Part shown: positions 38,451 to 52,730 of the stretch, in pieces
Position numbering within the stretch: position 1 is the stretch's first letter
How the letters are laid out: each line of letters opens with the position of its first letter
NCBI RefSeq assembly: GCF_037042905.1
Contig: NC_087250.1
Span: 12,526,001 to 12,590,000, forward strand
From: Lytechinus pictus
Taxonomy: Eukaryota
Direction: 5' to 3'
Length of the DNA: 64,000 nt
Program-made: the position numbers and the translations under genes
Notes under the pieces: generated by a model
Database searches by the model: none
Seen by the model: only the letters and a program-made list of their open reading frames with translations
What the model was told of the DNA's origin: nothing

Positions 38451-40261
38451 CAGTGGCTTAGCTACGGGGGGGGGGGGGGCCTGGGGGGCACGTGCCCTCC
38501 ACCCCCCCCCCCCCCCAAGGTGCCCCCTGAAAAAAAATTGGCGGAGCAAAATAAGGAGAAAGAAGAAAAGAAAAAAAGGAGAAAGACGGATGGAAAAAAG
38601 AAGAAAATAAGAGGAGGAAGACAAGTGAATAAAATAATGTAAGGGGAAGACTTGCAAAAAAAACAAAATCTTTCATGTTACTATAAGAATTTTCGCTTGC
38701 GCTTCGCGCCTGAATTGCCTGTTCGATGAGATTCATATCTTGTTTTGAAGTCAATATACAAAACATATTTCAGCTCGGACATCGAGCTTTTATTACTTTT
38801 TTTTTTTCATTTACAAATTTAAGTGCTCTATAAAATGTCCGTTTTATAGTCTACATATTAACATTTTAAGCTCACGCTGCGTGGTCGCATTATTTGATTT
38901 GCCAAGTCCCTATTGTCTTCGTGTATTCCATAAAGTTCTCAAAATATCAATTTTCAGATGTGATAGACAAACATAGGCCTATAAGTTAGCGCTGCGCGCT
39001 CGCATTTTGATTGGTGAGTACTCTAGATATCAATTCTATAACCAAACAAGCTCCCCTTTTCATTTTAGTTAATAGGAATTCAAAAAAAAATTATTTTATT
39101 ATTTGTTAATCTAATATGCGAAATGACAGCGTGAAAGTTTTTGTTTTTTAAGGCTTGAAAGCTGGAAATTTTAAGCATTTTGTAATTATGAATTCGCATT
39201 ACACAATGGTTAGTACATTTTTAACAATTAATGCGAGCGCAAATCGCGGGCTGAATTTTTTTAATGAAATGTAATGAAAAGGGGAGCTTGTTTGGTTATA
39301 GAATTGATATCTAGAGTACTCACCAATCAAAATGCGAGCGCGCAGCGCTAACTTATAGGCCTATGTTTGTCTATCACATCTGAAAATTGATATTTTGAGA
39401 ACTTTATGGAATACACGAAGACAATAGGGACTTGGCAAATCAAATAATGCGACCACGCAGCGTGAGCTTAAAATGTTAATATGTAGACTATAAAACGGAC
39501 ATTTTATAGAGCACTTAAATTTTATTTTGAATTCCTATTAACTAAATTGGGTCTTTTCGAATGGAATATCGACAAGCTTAGGCATTTTAGGAATAATAGG
39601 AAGATAATCATCATTTTTATGACAATATGTCCTTAGAATATACCGGTCCTCATTTTTCAGTTGTTTAGTTACATACGTATCTCATTTATGATTACAAAAA
39701 GTGCTTAGAATGACCATTTTTTTCAGGTCGGAATGTCAACAACTTTCAGCTCGCGCTTCGCGTTTACATTATTGAAATATGTACCGTCTTCGTGGGTAAC
39801 TGTAAACAGTCCTTAACAGGTCCCTTTTCGATCATGCTAGAACACTTATTTAAAAATTCTGCTCGTGCTTGGCATTCTCAGTAATTACATAGTTACATAC
39901 GCATCTTGTTCAGGATCACAAACAGTGGCCAGAATGTTAAATTTTCAGGACAAAATACATATATGAAAGTTCAACAACAACAAAATTCGCTCGCGCTTCG
40001 CGCTCGCACTTTTTATATAGGGCCTATGAAATTATTTCATATTTATGTTATAAAGCTAAGAAGTGACTGATCGGGGATAATAAAGGTGAAGATAATTTCG
40101 GGCCCCATCCCCTATTGGCGAAAGTCGGATCCACCTTTGATATTATAAGGTCTTTGCTTGTGACACACACACACACACACAGAAAAAATGGTGCCCCCCC
40201 CCCCTGAAAAAGCAAGGACCCCCAGGTGCCCCCCAGGAAAAGCAGTCTAGCTACGCCACTG
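38451..40261. mobile_element. 1.8-kb hAT-type non-autonomous element nested in a Kolobok-like remnant (~38424-40710)
   Basis: CAGTGGCTTAGCTA ... TAGCTACGCCACTG. TSD AAACAAGT/AAAAAAGT (7/8). Internal GCTCGCGCTTCGCG repeats. Confidence 0.85.
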
Positions 40262-41099
40262 AAAAAAGTTAATTCTAAACATATAGCAACAAAAATAAAA
40301 AAATGATAAGAAATATTAGTGAAGTTTTAAGTAAAATCCTTCAAAAATTTTAAGTTATGAGAATTTTATATTTTTGTATTAATGACGTCATAAGCAAGCA
40401 GCTTCACACGGGTCATGCATTTGAAGAAATAATGAAATGTTATTTTCTAAAAAAAAAAATATATATATATATCATTGTACCTTCAGTACATCAACAGAAA
40501 TATTTTCTCTCACCCGCACCTGAAAGAAGAAATTTAGTCATTACGAACTATTTAAAAAAAAAATTATGCATATTATATTACATAACATAAGGGGCAGCTG
40601 CTCGTCACAAATCAAACTTTAATTCTAATAACTTTATTAATATTTGATGGATTTTCCTCTACCTTTTACCAATACATGTACAATAAACTTTTCGTCACGG
40701 TGAAATGTTTCCCAAATCACTCGATTCATAGAAGAGGCAATCACTCTTTCCCCCATGTTAGCGCCTAGTTTTCAGGCACAGACCCGTGTGTAATGCAGAG
40801 TCTAAAGTAATGAAGACTAGCTTCACTGTGTACTGTGGTTGGCTCTCTTATTTGACAGAGAGCCTTTGGCGTCTAGTCTTCATTCTAGACATGGTTTTGA
40901 TTCAAGTGTCAAATTCTAGCCAAAGAAAAGCCAAAAAAAAATCAACAAAAAAATTAGGGGGGACCATCCTCCCCACCTCAAATTTAGGGGGGGGGACAGG
41001 TCCCCCCATCCCCCCCCCCCCCCCGCTTCCGCCGCCTATGCTTGCAGACAGCGCCACAGCATCCCACACCAAAAATCACACCCCAACAAAGACCAACAC

Positions 41100-41350
41100 G
41101 GGTCGTGTGGTCCAGTGGTTAGAGCATTGGACTCATAATCGCAAGGTCATGAGTTCGAATCCCTACTCTGCCATTCTCTCCACTTTGATAACAAGAAAAA
41201 TAATACCTGTCGTCTGTAAGGTCAGCCACTATGACTGATTAACCTAGACCTAAAAAAAAAAAAGTTTCCCAGGTAATTGGTCAGATACCAGCTTGGCATT
41301 TACCAGCAAAAAGTTGTCCTGCCAAGCTCCTACGGGAGTTACCATAAAAC
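41100..41350 (+). mobile_element. tRNA-derived SINE (tRNA-like head 41100-41173)
   Basis: A box TGGTCCAGTGG, B box AGTTCGAATCC, CAT in the anticodon-like loop, poor acceptor pairing and a non-tRNA body downstream. Confidence 0.7.
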
Positions 41351-42589
41351 AGAAAACATAAAAGACTACAGTATTAATTTTTGTATGAAGATGATTATTC
41401 TCTTAGATCCTTTTCATATAATGTGAGACACATCAAAATCTCATTTATGAAATTGTAACAAATCATCAGTAAAACAAATTATTCACAACGGGAATGCATA
41501 TAATAAATGGACGTCAAGAGTATAATATTAAATCAACTTTTTTATTCTGCTGGACAGATTAAAATCTATTTTTTACAGATATTCGATTTTAAAATTAAAC
41601 TGCCTGTCTATAACATAAATATATTTCTTTAAATCAAGACTAATAATAAATGGAGTTTTCACAACTATGGGAGCTGAGTGGTCCCTTTACAAATTCTTTG
41701 GCTATTAGATTAACCCTTGTTTAACATACACTGTTTAAAAAAAAACTGATTTTACAGAAAAAAGAAAGATTTTGCAAAAAGCAATAACAGAATCATTCTG
41801 TAAATTCATCAAACAGAAATTTTTCTGCAATTTAACAGAACAGGTCTGTTTAGAAAGGGGAAAAGGGTGTTTTATTAAAGGAAATTTGTAAGGTTCCATA
41901 CACCAAATACCAATTTCCTGTAAGATTACGCAATCTGGTAAGATTACAAGGTTCTCGGGACTCTGCTGCAGGAACTTCTTTTATTTTAAGGATAAATTTT
42001 CTAACAGTGTATATCAAAAAACACTTCTGTTGAGTTCCAATCGACAAATAATTGACAAAGTAAGTAAAGTAAGTATACCTTTAATTTTGCGGTGAAATAT
42101 TTTTCATTCAAATCACTTTTTTTCATTAAACGATTTTAAACAATGAATGTATAATTAATTCATGTCTACACAATCATTTTTTCAACATTTCTGTTTTATT
42201 AAAGATGAAAAGTAGTCACTATTCTATACAAGTGAGGACTATCACTCGTTGATTGGAAGAATAGTTTGAAATACATTTTATAGCAGTTTTTTCTGGAATA
42301 TCTATAGGTAAATTACACTATTATTCTGTCACATATTACAACTTTAACTTATATAAAATCCAACTTATTTCTTTCATAAATGACCTTCATGTACATTTTC
42401 AGAAGCAAATATTTACACAACTATAAAGTTTCTCATGACTTATATTCTATTTCAGTAGATGTTACATAGCAAGCCAATATAATACATGCATAACCACAAA
42501 CTGCAAGATAAAAACAAAAAATCAAGAAGACAGTGAACATTTGTGAGGCCTTTGTGGTGCTCCACAAAGCAGTCGGTAAGCACAAAACT

Positions 42590-43034
42590 GGGCCCTGTCT
42601 TACAATGAGTTACGATTGATCCAATCAATCGTAAATCTGGAAATCCATCAGTGTCATCATTTTTTCTATAGGGAATGTGCAAAATTGAGAACACACCAAA
42701 CTGTCAAGAAATCAATGAACTTAGAAAAAAAATTGAGCAAACATGCATTGTATATGTTGACTTTCCATAGACCATAGTTGTGATTGATTGGATCAATCGC
42801 AACTCATTGTAAGACGAGCCCCAGGTGTTCAAGTTCTCATGCCAAATTAGATTTTCTCATTCACTTTCATTCCAATCGAGGGCCCATTCATAAAGAGTTA
42901 CAACTTTGTAACTTTGCCATTATGGCAGCTACCATGGTAACCTTGATTATGATTGGCTGCTGAGCCCTGTTGCTATGGTAGTTGCCATAATGGCAAAGTC
43001 ACAACAATTGTAAGTCCTTTATGCAATGGGCCCC
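42590..43034. mobile_element. Two adjacent Harbinger-like MITEs (42590-42822 and 42880-43034); related elements at 46056-46473
   Basis: TIRs GGGCCCTGTCTTACAATGAGTT / AACTCATTGTAAGACGAGCCC and GGGCCCATT.CATAAAG / CTTTATGCAATGGGCCC. Confidence 0.7.
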
Positions 43035-44196
43035 AGGTCGGAATTCAAAACTGAGGAGATGAGTAGATAATAGAAATATATAGGAACTAAAAGAAGCTGA
43101 CCATGTAGTTGCATATATCTACCCCAGCTCTAGCTCCAGGTGAGGATCAAAATTTCTTGTTATTAACAAGCATCTAGATTCAAGGTTATTTAAAAAGGCC
43201 TCAAAATCAAATGTAAAATAAAAACAGTTTTGGCATAGCAAAGTCTTACTCAGGTCACAAAACTATTACATACAATACAGATGGAATGCAAATGAGGGCA
43301 CCAATGACGTCACCTACTCACTATTTCTTACTTTATTATTTGGAAATTGATATTATACTTTGTCGTCTGTATAATAAAGAAAAGGACAATTTAATTCCTT
43401 AGCGATATTTTTTTATGAAATATTTTGAGTCAATGAAGAGTAAATTTTTATATCTACAAAGCTGAAATGTTCTATAATATGAAAAAAAAAATACTGCGGT
43501 TTTGACTTTACTGATTCTCTCCTTAGCATATTGCCCAGGATGTGCAAAAAATTGTCTGTGAAAATAAGCAGAACTTCAGAATACCATAGATTTCTTATCT
43601 TAATTTCTGAAGTGCGGATGATCACACAAATACACACAACTTCAGTCGTGGAGATCACAATTTTTTGTTGCAAACTTTGTGAAATCGGTTGCAAGGTTTG
43701 CAAAAAAAATCACGAACTTCACAATTCAAATTACAAAGTTTGCAAAGAATATTGCAAACTTTACGTCTGATGTCATGTGTCGTGTGGGATCGACGGTACT
43801 TCAGAGCCACCAAATGATGTAAATTATTTTCCAATCAAATCTTGTTGTTCAGGTGGACTTCATTTTCAAAGCAATGTTAAAGAGGAGTATCCATAAATTT
43901 GTGGCAGTATTAAATCTCAATCAATCTGCATAGTTTGTATTACAGTCAGAAAAATTGCACAGAAGAAAAACAGAACACACACATTCTACAAAAATCACAC
44001 ACTTTGAAAGACTTACATGTATAGCGATACATGCTTTTTAACCACACTCATTAAAACAATTCAAGTAATTCATAAGAATGTTGTATAGAATTTGTATTAT
44101 TCAAAATATTGCAAGTCTAGACAAATAAAAACATCACAATTTCAAAAGGAGGAATAGCAATATATATAGGAAAAACAAAAGGGTTTGATACTTTTG

Positions 44197-44765
44197 AAGG
44201 AAACCAAAACCCAAGAAGCGAATCAATCTTATTGGAAAGAGTAAAGTGGGAGGAACAATTTAAAACAAGTTAAATCAAAATTGGTTATGAAATAAGCAAG
44301 TTATAGACATTTAAAAAGTCTTCTTGTACTCTATGGGAATCCTCAAATTGGCTAACGTGCTTCAAAATGGCTGATTTTGTGGACAACTCTCCATTTGTTT
44401 TGTACACAAATTTTCAGATTTTTCCATTTATTTTAAATATTTCACATTATCTCCTCCTGACCTTGACATATGTGGTGTGAATTATATTTTCCCATTACAT
44501 ATGTTGTGCTCAGAAGGAGGCAAGATGCAATTTAAAAGATAATAAGGAAAATTTGTGTACAAAACAAATGGAGAGTTGTCCACAAAATCAGCCATTTTGA
44601 AGCATGTTTGCCAATTTGAGGATCCCCATAGAAAGTACAAGAGTTTTCAAACTTCCACAACTCGCTTATTCTATAACCGATTTTGATAAAACAAGTTTTA
44701 GATTGCTCCTCTCATTTTATTCTTTCTGATAAGAAAGATTTTCTCCTTGTATTTTGGTTTCCTTT
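44197..44765. mobile_element. Long-TIR (foldback) Kolobok-like MITE
   Basis: AAGGAAACCAAAA ... TTTTGGTTTCCTT ends. About 200-bp inverted arms, e.g. 44360-44415 vs 44549-44605. Confidence 0.75.
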
Positions 44766-46948
44766 ATTAAAGGGCCATCATCATGTCACACATGGCATGA
44801 AACAGTTCTTTCTTTCTCTTTTTTTGAAAGGCTTGATGAACAGAAAATATGTATTGTACATGAACATAGTAGTTGCTTCTATGACTTTCCCCACACTGAG
44901 AGGTGAATGGGGTAATTATCCAAAAAGCCTCCACTGACCTTATGACTTTTCAATGTCATCAATGATCACATGTTGAATCGAATCACATTTTGCTTATTTT
45001 CCAAAAAATGTGAATGAAAAGTATCTTTTAAATTGACGTTCAAATTAACTTTAAGAAGGCTAATATGACAATTTTGGATGATTGCAAACCTTTATTTTGA
45101 AGTAAAGTCAAAACTGGTTTTAAATCGTAGCCAATCTCATGATTGCTATGACGTCATGATAAGATAATCAATTCACTTTTATTCTATCACGGATGGTAGC
45201 GTAATCACAGATTTGAATATAAGTATTTGTACAATGATTTAAAAGTTTAAGCAGTAAGATATTCTTAGTAATTATCTGAAGAAACTATTAATACCTTTTA
45301 TTCCAAAATCAGGTCGCAAACCAATGGTAAGGTGTGTGGTGGTGTCCGACCAGAAATTTCTGCTGTCCATGGATTGCATCAATCCTTTATAAATCACACA
45401 TCTTTGATTAACTGAATACTTAAAAGTGAAAGACATAAATCACATTTCAGAATACATATCACAAAAGTGATGAAAATGGCACTGCATAAAAACAAATACT
45501 AGTACAGAGTTCTATTCACTTAAAAAAAAAATCTTTCTTTGTAGTCTAATTTCTCTTTCACTCAAAATTAAGACCATAGCATGAAGCCAGCAAAACATGT
45601 TAATGAAACAAACATTATCGAACTAATTATTCACGATTGTTGCGATGACAACATGTGAATCGATGTATTCAACATATACTCTCCTCTTCTTTGTACATTA
45701 AAATAAAACCTATAATTTCCAAGGCGCCTCCTTCGTTGTACCAATGGCACTATTGATTCAGTTATTAATTTAGATTTTAAAGTTTAAATCAGACTTTATT
45801 CTGCATAAGCAGAACACAGAGCAATACAATCAATTTATGTATACTTGCAAGACTTAAAATTGATTTTGAACCCCAAGGGACTTCAAATCGATTGCATTTA
45901 TCTTGCAATAATACCAACATGCTTATATAGCGCATATCACTGCCAAATGCGTCCCTATCCGCTTAATTGGATATTATTGCAATACCCCTGAAGGCATCAA
46001 GTAATCAAATTTAATTTCAAGTATTGTGATTTATTTTCCTATCATGTAGCAGACCAGGGTCCCGTTTCATAAAACTTGTTATAATAACAAATTTGCAATA
46101 ACAGTTAAAAGCTACTGAAATCCTTTAATCTGATTGGCGAATAGTAAATTTGTTATAGAAATTGTGCATTTGTTATAACAAGAATTTATGAAACGGGACC
46201 CTGATCCCTCTCTTACAAAGACTTGTGATTGATCTGATCAACTTCAACTATGGAAAGCCAGCAACGTCGACATCTAAAATGCAGTGTTCATATTGTATTC
46301 TAGAAAGGATGTAGACTCACACATTTATTGTCTTAACAATGTGGTGTGCTCCTCTTTATTTACAAAGGACATTTTGTAGAATATGTCCCTGTATGAAAAA
46401 AAAAATGACAATGATGAATTTCCATGTAATTGTGGTTGATCGGATCAATCTCAATTCTTCGCAAGACAGGGCCAAAAAATCAATTTTCAATTGGTTGCTG
46501 GACCTATGATTTATTTTTAAAACCTACATTTGACTTGAAATCGATTGCAATTAAAGGTATTATTTAACTTTGTGAGCAGCCGATTTAAAAAATTCTCAAA
46601 CCAAGATGAAACAGGTGTACAAGTACACGTATTAGAACTAAAAAACCCTGAAAACAACCATTATTGAGAATGAAAAGCTAAAAATACAAGGCAAACCCCA
46701 ATTTTGTAGTTAGGTGTCTTGAAGATGCTTAAATAGAACACATAAGTGTATGGGATGAAATTAAGATGGTGTTTCCGGTCACTTTATATTTCACTTTTTG
46801 AAGCACTAAATAATGGTTTTCGGACGCAATTTTTTCTGGGCTTAATTTTTGTAACGTGTCACAGACACAGGTGACAAGTGTGATATTCTAGCTCAGATTT
46901 TTTAAAGTCAAATCAATGTTAGCCAATCACTTTAACCTGCAGCGCCCC

Positions 46949-47054
46949 CTAAGGCGGTCGGACTTTCTCCAGGTACTCTATGCAAGGATACTGTACCTTC
47001 AAGATACCGAGGTTTCTCAGACCTTTCACTCCGTACAGATGAAGAGTCTTCAGC
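46949..47054 (-). CDS. FBXL-type LRR gene, terminal exon
   Basis: ttcacag|, phase 2. (K)LKTLHLYGVKGLRNLGILKVQYPCIEYLEKVRPP*. Confidence 0.85.
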
Positions 47055-47237
47055 CTGTGAACAGAAAGGTAATAAAATAAAAAAAAGGCTTAAATATGTT
47101 TTCTTTTAAGGATCATTGAGAGATATACACATGCAAGCATGAAAGGCCAAAAAAAAAAGAGACAGTTTGCATAACAAGTTAATGTAATATTATTATAATA
47201 GTATAATATAAATCATAACAATTTATAAAATAAAAAT

Positions 47238-47538
47238 AATGACACTAATAAAAATGATAATAATGATGATAGTAATGATAGTTACATGTAAGTTGAGGGA
47301 TAGCAATGATAATGATGGTGATGATGGTGATGATGATGATGGTGATGATGATGGTGATGATGATGATGATGATGGTGATGATGATGGTGATGATGATGGT
47401 AATGATGATGGTGATGATAATGATGATGATGGTGATGATGGTGATGATGATGGCAGGGGCGTCGATCCATTTTTCAGATTGGGGGGGCGAAATCATTAAC
47501 GTTCCAAAGGCGCTCGATCGTACAAAACACCCACCCAC

Positions 47539-47572
<34 letters not shown>

Positions 47573-47579
47573 TATATAT

Positions 47580-47641
<62 letters not shown>

Positions 47642-48442
47642 CTATATATATGTATGACTCATGAGACACAGACACGTATCTCACTACACAGATAGTACGA
47701 GTGCCGAGAGTGAGCTCAAATTTCTTTATATTCTGAGCTGAAAACTTGATATTGTAAGCATTTTTGGTACCAATGATTAAGATTTGTATCTAAAAGATAA
47801 TAGATGCGAGCGCGAAGCGCGAGCTGAAAATTTTGATCTGAAAAAATGACAGTTTACTGGACGTTTTTGATAAAGAACAAGCTATATATCCAAGAAAAGA
47901 TGATTGCAAATTGAAGCAGTTCTTTTGAGGCTTAGAACTGAAAATGGGACATTTACATTCACCAATTTAATCATGAAAAGTATGGGTTTTTGCTACAGAA
48001 ATGATGCGAGCGCGAAGCGCGAGCTGAAAATTTTTATATTCCAATCTGAAAAGCGGACATTTTGAGCACGATTTTAAATAAAGAACGAGTTGTGTATCTC
48101 AATCTCGCTTGCTGAACATTACAATCTTGTTTTTTTTTAATGCATATCCGGAATTATTGGGGGGGCAAAATGATATGTTTGCCCCCCCAATATTTTCATT
48201 GGTGGGGCGATCGCCCCCCCTGCCCCCCCAGGATCGACGCCTCTGGATGATGGTGATGATGATAATGATGGTGATGATGATAATGATGGTGATGATGATA
48301 ATGATGGTGACGATGATGGTGATGATGATGATGGTGATGATGATGGTGATGATGGTGATGATAATGACGATGATGGTGATGATGATGGTGATGATGGTGA
48401 TGATGATGGTGATGATGGTGATGATGGTGATGATGATGGTGG

Positions 48443-48488
<46 letters not shown>

Positions 48489-49028
48489 GATGATGATGAT
48501 GCTAACGATGATGGTGGTGATGACGATGGTGGTAATGATGATGCTAACGATGATAGTAAAGTTTATGGGGATGGTGATGATGATGGTGATGATGGTGATG
48601 CTGATGGTGATGATGATGATGGTGGTGATGATGATGGTGGTAATGATAATGCTAACGATGATAGTAATGTTTATGGGGATGGTAATGATGATGATGATGT
48701 TAACAATGGTGATGATGAGGATGATAATGACAGTAACATATTTAAAGATAGTCATTGCCTTTGATAATGATTAACGACAAACACGATTATGATGATAAAT
48801 TATCATGATCGTGAGGATGAAAAAACCAATTGTAAAAATGACCATGAAGATTATGATGATGAGGATAATTTCAACTATGAAGGGGAGATGATAAAGATGA
48901 TGATAATGATCACAAAGATGATAATGATGTTGATGATGATCACAGTGATGATGGTGATGATGGTGATGATGATGATGAGAACGATGAAGATGATGATGAT
49001 GAGAACGATGATGATGATGATAGTAATA
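47238..49028. repeat. (GAT/GGT)n microsatellite split by a hAT insertion
   Basis: Trinucleotide runs at 47238-47453 and 48246-49028. They generate the spurious poly-M/I/H/D ORFs. Confidence 0.95.
47454..48245. mobile_element. hAT-type non-autonomous element
   Basis: TIR CAGGGGCGTCGATCC ... GGATCGACGCCTCTG. 8-bp TSD GATGATGG. Internal GCGAGCGCGAAGCGCGAGCTG repeats. Confidence 0.88.
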
Positions 49029-49612
49029 TGAGGGGGTGGTAAGAATGATGACTATTTTTTTTTTTTTTTAATATCACCTTTATTCAAAACAAAACAAAGG
49101 GAAGTTACAAACAATGAAAATAAGTCCAGGTTACTCGTTTTCTTAGGTTGAAGTACAGGACTAATAAAATAATTACAGATAAATGATATATAACAATCAC
49201 AATCAAATTTACATAAACCGATTATACATTGGTGATTGCAGAAAAGAAAATTGAAATAGATCAAGCACACACCCTTACAACTCAAATGAAGACAGGATAA
49301 AGGGGAGATAGAAAGAGTGAACTTGACGACAAGAGATATGAGGAAGAAAAAGTGTGACAAGCGAAAAGAAGGAGGAAAACAGGATAAAAGGAGAAGGCAG
49401 AGAAGGAGGAAAATGAAGAAAAAGAGGAATAAGAAGAAGTAAGGGAGTGCAATACAAAGTTTTGTGAATGAGATATTGCATTATTGGCATATAATTACTT
49501 CTTTACAAAAATCATCTACCTACTAATGATGATGATGAGAAAAATAAGGTTGACAATGATGATCAAATATTAGTTCTGATTGATATCTTAAAAAAAGGAT
49601 CTGAACACTAAC

Positions 49613-49723
49613 TTCTTGCAATGCTTGAGTAACCTGATGACACTAGCTTCAGTGATCTCTCTACAGCAATTCAGCTTGAGTTCAGTGAGGGTTTGACTTG
49701 CATAGCTGGCTAAGGACGACACA
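49613..49723 (-). CDS. FBXL-type LRR gene exon
   Basis: 111 nt, phase 2-2. (S)VSSLASYASQTLTELKLNCCREITEASVIRLLKHCK. Confidence 0.88.
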
Positions 49724-51022
49724 CTGAAAAAGAAAATGTACAAAGAACTTTGATATACAGAAAACCAGATTTAGCTCAGTGAGGATTTGTTCAGATGCTT
49801 AAAGCCCAGCTAAAGGGTCAATAATTGGAATTATGTTTATTAAGCATCTGAACGTCTCATAATACATAATAACCCCTTCTCCTCATGAAATTGAGTGTAA
49901 TTATTATTAATGTAAGATTTAATATTTTTCTAATTTACTTGTTTATTATGATTAATTTTTATTGTCAGGCGCCTTGAGCATTCATTGGAATGGATATGTG
50001 TGCATCAGAAAAAATGGCTATTATTATTATTATCATGCTAACATTCCAGTCTTGCAAAAAGTGTAATAGCTTTTGAATATTTTAGCTCTTAAAATTCAAA
50101 TTTGGAATTGTTGCTTGTCTAGCCCCTTCTCTCAGTGGTGTTTTAGTTTTCATTTAAAAAAACCCTTGGAGAAATTACCATATTATATTCGTAATTAAAT
50201 ATCAGAAAACAACTGACAAAGATTATATCCCGATAGTTTCAGCTCATACCATACTTGAGAACGCTTGCGCGTTACCTCCGCCAGCGCCCGATTTAAACGA
50301 GTTGTTTAGTGTTTAATCCCTTAGAAGTTAAGTCTTATTATAAGTATTATTGTACCATTTTGGGTGTGTTCACAATTCCTTTGCCTGTGTCTCTTTTTCT
50401 TTTCCTTTCCCATCCCTCTCTCTCTCTCTCTCTCATTTCCTTTCTCTTTTTTACCTTCAGCTTAATTTCTTCTCTTTCCCCCATCATTTCCACTCATTTT
50501 CAGTTAGAAGTAACTAAATTTGTTTATATATTTTATTAATCGCATGCTACACCCCTTTACAATTACTAGTATTTTATTGTTTAGTTATTGATATATATTG
50601 TAAATCAACCACTGGAATTGGGACAGGAGGCTTCATGCCACAGTAATTAAGTTAACTTTTTCTGCTCCTGGCGTTCCAATGGTTGATATTTCTTATTTTG
50701 TTTTATTTACGCTGAAATGTATTTTGTATATTATTTGCCGAATAAATACTAATAATAATAATAAAGAACATACATGTAGATACTTTATTTAATACGGCAC
50801 CTGATCAAAATAAAATTTCATGTCATATCAATAAATTTATCTATTTCAGATACTGCACATGACCGTTTTATGATATATACATTTCATGTAATCTCCTAAT
50901 GAATTGGAATAATGGCATGTTCATTGGGGATCCCCCCAGATAAAATACATTTTTCCTGTACTTAACAAAGGGCCATACATTTAACATCCTATCTGAGGAA
51001 CGGATAGCATTGACCAGTTTAC

Positions 51023-51139
51023 CTCTTGTGTGTGGCTGATGTAGAACTTAGTCCAACCTTTTCCAAATACGGACAGCAGGTTGCTAAGCAACGCATCCCC
51101 TCGTTCCCTATCTTCCGACAACCAGAAACATCAAGGCTC
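51023..51139 (-). CDS. FBXL-type LRR gene exon
   Basis: 117 nt, phase 2-2. (R)SLDVSGCRKIGNEGMRCLATCCPYLEKVGLSSTSATHK. Confidence 0.9.
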
Positions 51140-52100
51140 CTGTTAGACGCAAAAGAATATAATAATAGGGAAAATCAATTCTAGCCATCACTAAAATCAA
51201 TTCCTTTTACACTTTTTTGTGGTTGTAATAATGCTGTCAATAAATGTGACAAAAAAGAAAATCATAAATTCATTTTGAAACAGATATTTTTCAAGGAATA
51301 ATGCAGAGTATTATTTGATAAAAATGAATTACACGATTTAACTAATTATTTAAGGAATCAATTGACCAAAAAAAAGTCTGAGTTTGTGGAGCAACCCAAG
51401 AAACAACCCAAGTTACCATGGTAGTTGCTATAATGGCAAAACAGTTGTAACTCTTTATAAAACAGCCCAAACGGGACCCTAGTTTCCAAAACCTGGGGAG
51501 GAGGGGCATCATTTGTTCTCTTGTCCTCTGAGTTATAGGACAGCCTTCCTAAAGACACTAAAACATGGTAAACTTCTGAAACTTTGAAGAAAAAAAAATA
51601 ATAAAAGCATTCATGAAAAGTGCCTTCAGCATACTAAAGAGTGGATTTGGCGCGGAAAAAAGTAGCCTTTCAAAGTAAAGAAATAGCCCCACAAATTCAG
51701 CCATCGCCCCAATCTGTCTAAAAAAATACTTCCTAATCAGCTGAATTATGTTGGACTATCACTGGACATCTTACAAAGATGTGTTGACCAGTAAATAGGA
51801 AACAAGCAAGAAAAACGTGATTCCCTGAATAGTGAAGGAATTATTTCTACACTGTACATAACACCACCGTAAAAGGAGATGTTTGAACTATGCTGGCTGG
51901 AACTAAAATTTGTCTTTAGTTTTGGTTCTAGTTGTGAGGAACATCAATAATCCATTAACTTCAATTGGGCTAATTATGTAAATGAGGTCATATCTAAGGG
52001 CGCCATGGACAAATCACAGCACAGAAAACATATGTCCAATTTATTATTAGTAGTATTATTATCGAAACATTCCAGCATTTTTAAAGGCTATTATCCGTAC

Positions 52101-52306
52101 CTTATACTGTTGAGGTAAGTAGCAATCTCAATCAGGGCTACGTCTGTAACATGAGGACAGGAAGCGATGGACAATGTCCTCAGTTGCTTGCAGTGTCGGG
52201 CAATCTTCTTGACAGCGGAGTCCCTCAGATCCTTGCATCCTTTGAGGTGCCAGTGCTGCAGAGAGCGGAACTTGGGAGCGACCGAAGCGACACATTCATC
52301 GGTGAT
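52101..52306 (-). CDS. FBXL-type LRR gene exon
   Basis: 206 nt, phase 0-2. ITDECVASVAPKFRSLQHWHLKGCKDLRDSAVKKIARHCKQLRTLSIASCPHVTDVALIEIATYLNSI, LRR_CC pattern. Confidence 0.92.
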
Positions 52307-52343
52307 CTGGCAGTTGGAAAAATTCACAGGTATGAACTAAGTT

Positions 52344-52730
52344 CCACTGGTTCCAATTTTTTCTGACTTATGATTTTCATTACAGATCGAGCATGCGATC
52401 TTAAACACATAGGAGTGTTGCCGAAAATTTGTTTACAAATTATTATTACCTCCTATCAAAGCCTCTTTATTTACTATATATTGTCCACGGCGGACTGCGT
52501 TTGCACGTTAATGAGTCAGAAAGAAGAGGATTGAAGGTATTTGAATTCCAGTTCATTGTGATTTAGCCGTGAACCAGAATAGCCTGGTGGTTAAGTCGCT
52601 GCCCGGAAAGCAGTAGATGGCAGGTTCGAATCCCACTGGTTCAAATTTTTTCTGACTTATGATTTTCATTACAGATCGGGCATGCGATCTTAAACACATA
52701 GGAGTAATGCCGAAAATTTGTTTACAAATT
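52344..52730 (+). mobile_element. tRNA-like Pol III unit (52571-52643) within a partial tandem repeat
   Basis: A box TAGCCTGGTGG, B box GGTTCGAATCC, GAACCAG/CTGGTTC ends and a T6 run after. 52344-52441 is repeated at 52633-52730. Confidence 0.65.

Noticed and set aside
41100..41173. Functional tRNA-Met gene
   Set aside because: The acceptor and T stems pair poorly and the sequence runs into a SINE-like body.
47239..49031. Long poly-Met/Ile/His/Asp ORFs
   Set aside because: They are translations of a (GAT/GGT)n microsatellite within an intron.
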